NCBI GenBank assembly: GCA_020048755.1
Contig: JAIFMD010000002.1
Coordinates: 1-60,865 of the forward strand
Source: Spirochaetota bacterium
GTDB taxonomy: Bacteria > Spirochaetota > Spirochaetia > Treponematales > UBA12059
DNA: 60,865 nucleotides
Direction of reading: 5' to 3'
The translations under genes were made by a program, and so were the position numbers. Shown in pieces: positions 1 to 7,163 of the stretch (position 1 is the first letter of the stretch; each line of letters starts with the position of its first letter). Under the pieces are notes generated by a model. The model worked only from the letters and a program-made list of their open reading frames with translations. It made no database searches and was not told the origin of the DNA.

Positions 1-135
1 GACGAGGCCCGCTCTGCGCTTGAGAAACTGGCCGCAAAGGGATTCTGCGAGATGCGTGTCCGCCCCTCGGGCGTCATTGTCTATCGTTTCCCCGAATTCA
101 TCAAGGAAGACGAAGGCTTCGAGCCAGGCTTGTAG
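1..135 (+). CDS. 3' end of an unidentified CDS (partial; start lies upstream of window)
   Basis: Frame 1 is open from the window edge to TAG at 133-135. The tail DEARSALEKLAAKGFCEMRVRPSGVIVYRFPEFIKEDEGFEPGL looks like a winged-helix-type C-terminus. It is not in the ORF track because no start lies in the window. Confidence 0.35.
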   Translation, partial: DEARSALEKLAAKGFCEMRVRPSGVIVYRFPEFIKEDEGFEPGL

Positions 136-187
136 AAATTCAGCTCAGGGGTTGCCATCCTGAGCTGCTTCCTCTCCTGTACTCCGC

Positions 188-264
188 GCCTCTGCGCCTC
201 TGCGCCTCTGCGTGAAGCAATTTAGAACGTAATGTCTCACGCAGAGGCGCGGAGGCGCAGAGAG
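188..264. repeat. Long imperfect inverted repeat (about 26-bp stem, 21-nt loop) built from TCTGCGCC 8-mers; possible terminator between convergent genes
   Basis: Left arm 188-215 (gcctctgcgcctctgcgcctctgcgtga) pairs with right arm 237-264 (tcacgcagaggcgcggaggcgcagagag). There is one internal T-G (wobble) position. The left arm contains three tandem TCTGCGCC units. No strong U-tract follows. Confidence 0.6.
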
Positions 265-286
265 TACATTGAGTAGTGTTTTGGGC

Positions 287-1234
287 TTACTTTGTGGCCC
301 AGAGGGCGTACTCGCGGGCGGTTCCGGAGAGGTGGGGGAAAAATACATCCCAGTTACTGGTAGGGATGGTACCTCTGGTATTCCAGCCAGCATTTATTGC
401 TTCAGCACAAAATATAAACAGTTCTGTCGTGTCGATGTATCCGTTGCCATCACAATCTGCGGTGCTTGTTTTTTCTTGCGAAGCCAGGATTGCTGCTGTA
501 AATATTCCGTTGTTTCCGCCTTCCCAAGAAGCTTCACCTGCACCTGCGGCAGAAATGACAACAAAAGGTGAACTATTCGAATAGCTTATGAAGCTCTTGA
601 CAGTATCGGTCAATGAATCAACGAACCAGGAATATGCCACAGCCCCATCTGTAATATAATATTCTCCGGTTTCATCATATTTTCCGAAGACTGGTGGAAT
701 TGAATCGATGGTGGCACCTGCTTCCACAAAACCTCCTGAATTGCAGCTGTCAAGGATAATTACCACATCCTCTATCCCAGCATTTTCAAACCATGCGTAC
801 AGCTCGTTCTTGGAAATCATCTGATCAAGAAGAAGCTGATTTCCTGTCGTTATGGAACCATAAGGACAGAGAAACGATTCATTGCCATACTCGAAACCAT
901 GTCCGGAATAGTAGAAAAGAACCAAGCCAGCATTGGTGCTCTGCAAGTCTGTAATGGCATTTTTAATGGCCGCTTTGCTTGCTACCGAGTTCAGTGAGGG
1001 GTCGTTTGTGTTTGCAATGGCTTCGGATACATCCCAGCTTTGCGCTTTGAGCATAGTTGCCATATCCTCTGCATCATCATCAGTCAGGCTCAGGTTCGGA
1101 TAACCAATAATACCCTCTCGATAGGTTGCTACGCCAAAAACCAGAGCCGTCCGTGTGGGTTCTTCAGGTATGGCACAGGCTGAAAGGACCAATATGACCA
1201 TGCTGGCAAGCGCGACGAACCGAAGCCACTTCAT
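287..1234 (-). CDS. Caspase-fold (peptidase C14, orthocaspase/metacaspase-like) lipoprotein with EF-hand-type Ca-binding loop
   Basis: Signal peptide plus lipobox (VLSAC). Catalytic dyad contexts YYSGHG and ILDSCNSG. Canonical EF-hand loop DCDGNGYIDTTE near the C-terminus. Start moved from TTG 1252 to ATG 1234, which forms an ATGA overlap with the upstream stop. Confidence 0.8.
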   Translation of the reverse strand: MKWLRFVALASMVILVLSACAIPEEPTRTALVFGVATYREGIIGYPNLSLTDDDAEDMATMLKAQSWDVSEAIANTNDPSLNSVASKAAIKNAITDLQSTNAGLVLFYYSGHGFEYGNESFLCPYGSITTGNQLLLDQMISKNELYAWFENAGIEDVVIILDSCNSGGFVEAGATIDSIPPVFGKYDETGEYYITDGAVAYSWFVDSLTDTVKSFISYSNSSPFVVISAAGAGEASWEGGNNGIFTAAILASQEKTSTADCDGNGYIDTTELFIFCAEAINAGWNTRGTIPTSNWDVFFPHLSGTAREYALWATK

Positions 1235-1812
1235 CTGTTTTTGCCTGCCCAAAGAAACTGTGTCTTATCTTCATTGTAGGAAACCGTAGCCACAGCCCGC
1301 AATCCCGCCGAGAACGAGTCTGCCCGCAGGTACACAGGGGCTGCCAGACCGAGCTCGATGGTAAAATGGTCACCTAAATTTATTATAGGTAAACAATAGC
1401 CAGGTTCCAGGTACGGAAAGAAGAAATAAGAGAAGGACAGATCGTAGCGGGCCAGCATGCCACCGCCAAGCAGGTAGGCATCCAGATACCTGAACCGCAG
1501 TCGAGGTCCAGCCGCCAGGTTGAGGCTGTAGAATCCCCGGTAACGGTACCATTCCGTTGTGAAGGCGGTCGACGCCTGGTACGACTGCCCTCCCTGTATC
1601 ATGGCGGACCAGAGCCCGTCCCCTATCACCAGGCCTGCCTGAACAGAGGCGGAAGCACTGGTCGCGGGTACAGTAATGAATGAATCGTAGTCAGTTTCAG
1701 CTGTAACTGCCAGACCGCCTGTAACAGCCATATACGGTGAAACAGCAGGCAGGGCTGATAGAGGAACACAGATGGCTGACAGACTGATCAAGGCAATCAA
1801 TGGTATTCTCAT
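1231..1812 (-). CDS. Small outer-membrane beta-barrel-like protein (hypothetical)
   Basis: N-terminal signal peptide (MRIPLIALISLSAICVPLSALPA). Alternating hydrophobic/aromatic pattern with G/Y/F-rich strands (YRYRGFYSLNL, LRAVATVSY). ATGA-coupled to the caspase gene. Confidence 0.55.
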   Translation of the reverse strand: MRIPLIALISLSAICVPLSALPAVSPYMAVTGGLAVTAETDYDSFITVPATSASASVQAGLVIGDGLWSAMIQGGQSYQASTAFTTEWYRYRGFYSLNLAAGPRLRFRYLDAYLLGGGMLARYDLSFSYFFFPYLEPGYCLPIINLGDHFTIELGLAAPVYLRADSFSAGLRAVATVSYNEDKTQFLWAGKNR

Positions 1813-1898
1813 GTATGGGGTTTAACATGCCGCGATTATTGTATAAATTCAAGCTCAATCAGTATTGTCGGGCTATTGGATGCCGGGAGAACAATCAT

Positions 1899-2276
1899 AT
1901 GCGAAGGATTTTAATCATGGCAACGTGTGCAGCAGCATTGTCATGCATTGCTCTTGTTTCATGTACAGACCGCGGTTCACAAAAGGTAAAACTGGATGAG
2001 ACACCAGTAATTTCAGGAGGGATGGGTTGGGGAGTGGTTGCAATGGCGTATGTCCGCATCATGAAGGAACCATCCATGACTGCCTCCGATATCGGGACGG
2101 CCCGGCGTGGTGATGTTGGCCGTATCATTGCACGTTCCAGATCCTTTGAGGATAAAAAAACCGGCATCTGGTATAAGATGGAAATTGGATCAATTCCAGG
2201 TTGGCTCCACGAGTCCAGTCTGACTGTCCATCAAAGCGAAGCAGAAGCTAAAAAGTTTGCGGAGGCAGGTTTGTGA
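1899..2276 (+). CDS. Lipoprotein with bacterial SH3-like domain
   Basis: Start chosen at MRRILIMATCAAALSCIALVSC (lipobox LVSC), with GGGAGAA 7 nt upstream of ATG 1899. C-terminal GIWYKMEIGSIPGWLHESSL is SH3b-like. The track start at 1800 would overlap the divergent gene. Confidence 0.6.
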   Translation: MRRILIMATCAAALSCIALVSCTDRGSQKVKLDETPVISGGMGWGVVAMAYVRIMKEPSMTASDIGTARRGDVGRIIARSRSFEDKKTGIWYKMEIGSIPGWLHESSLTVHQSEAEAKKFAEAGL

Positions 2277-3841
2277 TCGGTGCTTCCCTGCTGGGATTCC
2301 TCCTGCCACCAGCGGTCGGTGCCGTAATAGGGCTTTTCACCAATTGGCTGGCTATCAAGATGCTGTTCAGGCCGCTTGTGGAGCGACGCATACTCGGAGT
2401 CCGGGTGCCCTTTACACCAGGCATACTGCCTCGCGAGCGTTCCAGGATATCCAGTTCCATGGGTGACACCGTGGCTACCGACCTGCTCGATGATGAGACG
2501 GTCGCGGCAAGGTTACGGAGTCCGGCCTTCAAAGAAGCCATCCGTCAGGGCACCCTGAGCACGGCCAGGAAAATCCTGGACGCAAAACCAGCAGAAATCA
2601 GTGCGGGTCTGGATTCCCGCATTGTAGAACTGGTCAAGGATATCAGCGTAGAAGCGCTCGCCGGCTTTACAGCTTCAGATACATTTGCCAGCGCACTTAT
2701 AGATGGAACCGACGCAGCTCTCGGAACTGCCAGCGGTATGACCCTCGATGCCTTCATTGATCCTGCAACCACAGTCAGGCTTTCTACCGCCATCGCCAGT
2801 TCTCGGGGTGCCGAAGTGCTGGGTACCGCAATCGCCAGGGCTGTAATCGATTCGCTTGAACGGGCTGCACTTGATGGCAAGCGGGTGTCGTCGTTTGTCG
2901 ATCCGGAAGCCCTGAGGTCTTTTTCAGTAAAAGCAATCGATTCGGCGTATCCGGTTCTGTTGTCCGGTGTCAAAAAAATATTTTCAGACAAATCCATGAC
3001 GACATCAATGGAAAAGGTCGGAGCACGAATCATCCGCAAGACCTTTGACCGGTTTAATTCCGTGCAGCGATTTTTTATAGGGCTCGGCCAGTATGACAAG
3101 GCTATCCTGGATAATATGCCTGCGACCATCGCTGATTTTTCCGAGTCTCTTGAAGCATTGCTTTCAGAGGAATCTACTCGCGCCGCGATCAGGCAAAAGG
3201 TATCAGCGGCTGTTACTGACCTCGCCGAAAAGCAATTGTCCAGTCTTGCCTTCCTGTCTGAGCCCTCCAAAAAGGCCTCAGCACTGGAATCACTTGCGGA
3301 TATTTTAAAAGATGCACTTGCTTCTATAGATGCTGATGCTGTCAGTGAGCAAACAAGGAATCTTCTGGCACATCAAACCGTCGGTCAGGTACTGGAATCA
3401 TTACCCGGGTTGACTGACCGGATCGGCCCTGTCCTGGCGCGGTGGATATCTGGTTTGTTTGGACGGGAGTTCGACAAGGAATCGGCCGTTGGCAAGGTAG
3501 TCGCATCCTTCTTTTCAGCCTTTTCCCTTTCGTTCAAGCAGCGCGCCGCCGATGTTCCGCTCGGGTCGACCCTGGCTCTTGATGATGAAGCACTACAGGC
3601 TATTGCTGCTTCCGCCGCGGATGGCCTGGCTGAACTGGCTGCTGCTGAAAGTTCAAATATGGTACGTTCAATAGATATTCGCTCTTTGGTCATTGAAAAA
3701 ATTGATTCTTTGAATATGATTGACGTGGAGCGCATGATACTTAAAGTTGTCGATAAGGAACTCCGGGCTATAACCCTGTTCGGTGGTGTTCTTGGCGCTC
3801 TTATCGGGGTGTTTCAAAGCCTGTTGTTTCTGTTGCGTTAG
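2273..3841 (+). CDS. DUF445-family membrane protein
   Basis: N-terminal GLFTNWLAIKMLFRP...PFTPGILPRER is the DUF445 hallmark. There is a C-terminal TM segment (LFGGVLGALIGVFQSLLFLL). GTGA overlap with the upstream gene. Confidence 0.7.
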   Translation: MIGASLLGFLLPPAVGAVIGLFTNWLAIKMLFRPLVERRILGVRVPFTPGILPRERSRISSSMGDTVATDLLDDETVAARLRSPAFKEAIRQGTLSTARKILDAKPAEISAGLDSRIVELVKDISVEALAGFTASDTFASALIDGTDAALGTASGMTLDAFIDPATTVRLSTAIASSRGAEVLGTAIARAVIDSLERAALDGKRVSSFVDPEALRSFSVKAIDSAYPVLLSGVKKIFSDKSMTTSMEKVGARIIRKTFDRFNSVQRFFIGLGQYDKAILDNMPATIADFSESLEALLSEESTRAAIRQKVSAAVTDLAEKQLSSLAFLSEPSKKASALESLADILKDALASIDADAVSEQTRNLLAHQTVGQVLESLPGLTDRIGPVLARWISGLFGREFDKESAVGKVVASFFSAFSLSFKQRAADVPLGSTLALDDEALQAIAASAADGLAELAAAESSNMVRSIDIRSLVIEKIDSLNMIDVERMILKVVDKELRAITLFGGVLGALIGVFQSLLFLLR

Positions 3842-3877
3842 GCCAACCCCGGCGCCGACCGGGATGGAAAGCAAAAA

Positions 3878-4906
3878 ATGGAAACCGACAAGACGATACT
3901 TATCGTTGATGACAGCCCGGCCTTTGCCGCTGCTGTTGTCGGCATGCTCGACGGAACCTTGCAAGCCTACGTCGCTCATTCTGCCCTGGAGGCCATACAG
4001 CTCGCTGAAAAAAACAGGCCTCGTGTCGTGTTTCTGGATATCGTATTGCCGGACGGCGAGGGTTATGATGTCTGTTCCAGTCTTAAGAAGACGTTCCTTC
4101 ATCAGCCAATTCAGATCATCCTGATGTCTGCAACGTATGATGCCCAACGCGTGGAAAAAATTTTACAAGCTGGCGCTGATGATTTTATAAAAAAACCCTT
4201 TGAGAGACTTGAGTTCCAATTGAGGCTCAAAGCGGCATTCATACGGCTCCGTTCCCAGATGAAACTCATGGAGGAGCGGGAATTCTATCGGCAAGCTGTG
4301 AGGCAGGAAGAAAATCTGACCATAAAGCTTCTGGATAGACAACTTGGGCTCAAGGAAACGCTGGCTGATCTGGAGAGCACGAAAGTTGGTCTGGAGCGGG
4401 AAAATACCAGTCTCGCGGCTGCAGCCCGTTTTGATGTACTCACCGGTTTGCTCAACAGACACAGTCTGAACGCAAGACTGGAACTTGAGATGCGCCGTGC
4501 TGAAGAAGAAGGACTGCAACTATGCGGCTTGATGATAGACATTGATAAATTCAAATCAGTCAATGATTCCTTCGGGCATCTCGTAGGAGACGATGTGCTC
4601 CGGGCTGTAGGCGATGCTTTGCGGGCTTGCCTGCGCAAGCAGGATTTTGCCGGCCGGTTCGGTGGCGAGGAGTTTTTCGTCATACTGCCGGGTAGCGGAG
4701 TCGATTCAGCCATCGCCATTGCCGAACGCATCAAGATTACAATCGCTGGTGCCGATGTAGACGTGGCAGGCGCCAAGGTATCCGTAACGGCGTCTGTCGG
4801 GGTGGCCCCGTTCGTCCATGGCGACACGTTGACTGACTGGGTCGGGCGGGCGGACAAGGCCATGTACCGGGCCAAGCAACTCGGCCGCAACCGGGTCGAA
4901 CTCTAA
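3878..4906 (+). CDS. Response-regulator receiver + GGDEF diguanylate cyclase (PleD/WspR-like)
   Basis: REC motifs (ILIVDDS, FLDIVLPDGEG, KKPF), then a coiled-coil linker. GGDEF domain with active site GGEEF and an RxxD I-site (RKQD) 5 residues upstream. Confidence 0.9.
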   Translation: METDKTILIVDDSPAFAAAVVGMLDGTLQAYVAHSALEAIQLAEKNRPRVVFLDIVLPDGEGYDVCSSLKKTFLHQPIQIILMSATYDAQRVEKILQAGADDFIKKPFERLEFQLRLKAAFIRLRSQMKLMEEREFYRQAVRQEENLTIKLLDRQLGLKETLADLESTKVGLERENTSLAAAARFDVLTGLLNRHSLNARLELEMRRAEEEGLQLCGLMIDIDKFKSVNDSFGHLVGDDVLRAVGDALRACLRKQDFAGRFGGEEFFVILPGSGVDSAIAIAERIKITIAGADVDVAGAKVSVTASVGVAPFVHGDTLTDWVGRADKAMYRAKQLGRNRVEL

Positions 4907-6243
4907 TGCCGGTCTTGCCCTACCCGCGAGTCTACGATCCTGGCCGCCGCCGCGCAAAGGTAGAATGATCCTGTTACCAGCAACGGCACAGCTCTGGAAG
5001 AAGCCTGTTGCAGGGCATCCACTACCGCGGTTTCAGTATCGTCATTCCTTGTAGTCCTGAACCCAGTTGCAGTGAATGCTTCTTCAATCTCAGCTGGATC
5101 GCTTTCCTTGAATGTCCCCGGTCTGGTGATGAGGACCTCGAAAAACGCTTTCCGCAGTGCTTCTGCCATCAACCGCGGCGGCTTGCCTTTGGCACAGCCA
5201 AACAACAGGATTCCACCGGCAGGGAAAAGCCTGGCAAATTCATCGGCACAGGCCTGCACTGAATCTGCTGTATGTGCGCCATCCAGTATAACGACCGGGT
5301 CGCCAGGAATTATTTCGAAGCGGGCCCTCAATCTGGCAGCGGCAATGCCCCTGACTATGGTCTGGTCGTCGTATCCCAGCGATCTGGCTACTGTGGCTGC
5401 GAGCGCGGCATTCCTCGCCTGCACACTGCCTATCATGGGAGTGCGCACCTGTAGTGGCTGGCCAAATACCGCTTCATCCCTCCACCGCACCGTAGCGCTC
5501 GTGCCGTGCTTGTCTATGGAACAGTCGGTGATGTCAGCGGCCTCGTCCAGTACCGTAAGCGGTGAACCGAGTTCGGCTGCACGTGCCCTGAATACCGCCA
5601 GCGCTTCCGGTCGTGTGGCGCTCGTAAAAACCGGGACACCAGGTTTTATTATGCCAGCTTTCTCATAGGCTATTTCAGGAATTGTAGTACCCAGCAGGTC
5701 GGTATGTTCCAGTTCTATCGGCGTGATGATACACACTGCGGGCAACACAACATTGGTCGAGTCGAGCCGTCCACCCAGCCCCACCTCGATTACCGCATCG
5801 GTACAACCGGCCCGCCTGTAGCAGAGGAATCCCAGCATCGTTAAAAGCTCGAAATAGGTCGGCGTTTCGCCCCCGGGAAAATCCGCTTCGGTTTTGTGCT
5901 CCATCAGATCGGAGATTTCAGTGGCGCTCGCAAAAAGAGTCCGATCGTCAACCGGAACACCGTTTATTGCTATCCGCTCGGTAAATGACAACAAATGGGG
6001 CGATGTGTACAGCCCAACCGTGTGGCCTGCCTCCTGGAGTATCGAGGCTATCATGGTCGCCGTAGAACCCTTGCCCTTGGATCCGGCTACATGGATTACC
6101 CTGAAGCTTTCATCGGGGCGACCTAGAAATTCCTTGAGGGCAATCATTCTGTCCAGCCTGTAGGCCGTAGGTTCCACTTTGCGTTCAAAATTAAGGTAAC
6201 GGTCAAGGTAGGCATATACCTCGTCGGGGGTGCTGAATGTCAT
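4903..6243 (-). CDS. folC: Folylpolyglutamate synthase / dihydrofolate synthase
   Basis: YLNFERK... N-terminus, P-loop HVAGSKGKGST, TSPHL motif, and Mur-ligase-type layout over 446 aa. Confidence 0.9.
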   Translation of the reverse strand: MTFSTPDEVYAYLDRYLNFERKVEPTAYRLDRMIALKEFLGRPDESFRVIHVAGSKGKGSTATMIASILQEAGHTVGLYTSPHLLSFTERIAINGVPVDDRTLFASATEISDLMEHKTEADFPGGETPTYFELLTMLGFLCYRRAGCTDAVIEVGLGGRLDSTNVVLPAVCIITPIELEHTDLLGTTIPEIAYEKAGIIKPGVPVFTSATRPEALAVFRARAAELGSPLTVLDEAADITDCSIDKHGTSATVRWRDEAVFGQPLQVRTPMIGSVQARNAALAATVARSLGYDDQTIVRGIAAARLRARFEIIPGDPVVILDGAHTADSVQACADEFARLFPAGGILLFGCAKGKPPRLMAEALRKAFFEVLITRPGTFKESDPAEIEEAFTATGFRTTRNDDTETAVVDALQQASSRAVPLLVTGSFYLCAAAARIVDSRVGQDRH

Positions 6244-7109
6244 GGTGTACCCTTCGCTCCTGCAGCCGCGAGCAGTATTGCCCTGGCTACATCAAGTCCG
6301 CTGATGGCCTCGAGCGCTTCAAAACCTGGGCAAGCATTGGTTTCGCAGACAACGAATCTGGATCCGCCTTTGTTAGCGAACAGGAAATCTACGGTTCCGT
6401 ACACGAGCCCCGAATCGAAGAATACCTGCTCTGCTTCGGCTCGTAAAAAATCTGGTGGCTCGAATGGCTCCATCACGCCGCCTGCATGTGCATTCGAGGC
6501 CAGGCCCGTCCCCCGGCGAAGCACCACAACCGGCGTCGCCGCCGCACAGTTTTCTCTGAACTTTGCGAAAAAGAACCGCACATCCCGGCCATGGCTGGCT
6601 GATACATACTCCTGCGCGATGTAGGGGGTGGAGCTTGCAGCATCTGATTTCAGGAAGTCAAGCCAGGCTGAGGTCGACTCTACGAGAAAAACGCCTCGTC
6701 CCATCTTGCCAAAACGCGGTTTTACGACAAAAGGAAAATCAAGGGGAGCCGTTGCGTCGCGCACTCCGACTGCAAACGTGCGCGGATGGGCAATGCCGAG
6801 TACCAGACAACGCTCGGCCGTACGCAGTTTGTCACCCGCAGTTTTCGTAGCCAGGGCGCTGTTGACCACTGGAATTCCAGAATCTTCAAGGTGTTCGTAC
6901 AGGCTGCCCGGTAGTTCGCCACGGAGCAAAGCTACATGGCCCCTGCAGAAGGCGGCTGTCGCATCCATCGAGGCTTCCGGGGCATGGATGGTCGCGCCAT
7001 AATCGAGCCCCAGGGAGCGGGCTGCTTCAGCCAGGCGCCGAGACGGAAAAAAACTGTCCAGATAAGAGCTGTCGTCGGTCTTGAGTCCGTACACGAGCCG
7101 TATTCCCAT
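6240..7109 (-). CDS. RimK-type ATP-grasp ligase (alpha-L-glutamate ligase-like)
   Basis: FPFVVKPRFGKMGRGVFLVE (ATP-grasp lysine context), IAQEYV, and CETNACPGFE (Mg/ATP site). The stop overlaps the folC start (ATGA). Confidence 0.75.
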   Translation of the reverse strand: MGIRLVYGLKTDDSSYLDSFFPSRRLAEAARSLGLDYGATIHAPEASMDATAAFCRGHVALLRGELPGSLYEHLEDSGIPVVNSALATKTAGDKLRTAERCLVLGIAHPRTFAVGVRDATAPLDFPFVVKPRFGKMGRGVFLVESTSAWLDFLKSDAASSTPYIAQEYVSASHGRDVRFFFAKFRENCAAATPVVVLRRGTGLASNAHAGGVMEPFEPPDFLRAEAEQVFFDSGLVYGTVDFLFANKGGSRFVVCETNACPGFEALEAISGLDVARAILLAAAGAKGTP

Positions 7110-7163
7110 ACGGGCTGAGTATATAGAGCCTCGGGTTGACGGACAAGCATGCTGGGGGGTATA

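Noticed and set aside
1800-1898. Over-extended N-termini in the ORF track (for example 1800, 28103, 41586, 41687, 40296, 49176, 51661, 56444, 56781)
   Set aside because: The track accepts TTG/GTG starts. Internal ATG/GTG codons with SD-like motifs, stop-start overlaps or conserved protein N-termini fit better. Some extensions would overlap divergent neighbours.
2545-3270. 241-aa minus-strand ORF (also 4285-4890, 5072-5668, 27601-28101, 38627-39319, 50756-51499, 34848-35408)
   Set aside because: All are antisense to long motif-supported genes: DUF445, GGDEF, folC, pgk, the beta-helix protein, lepB and htrA. They are Ser/Arg/Ala/Pro-rich with no independent support.
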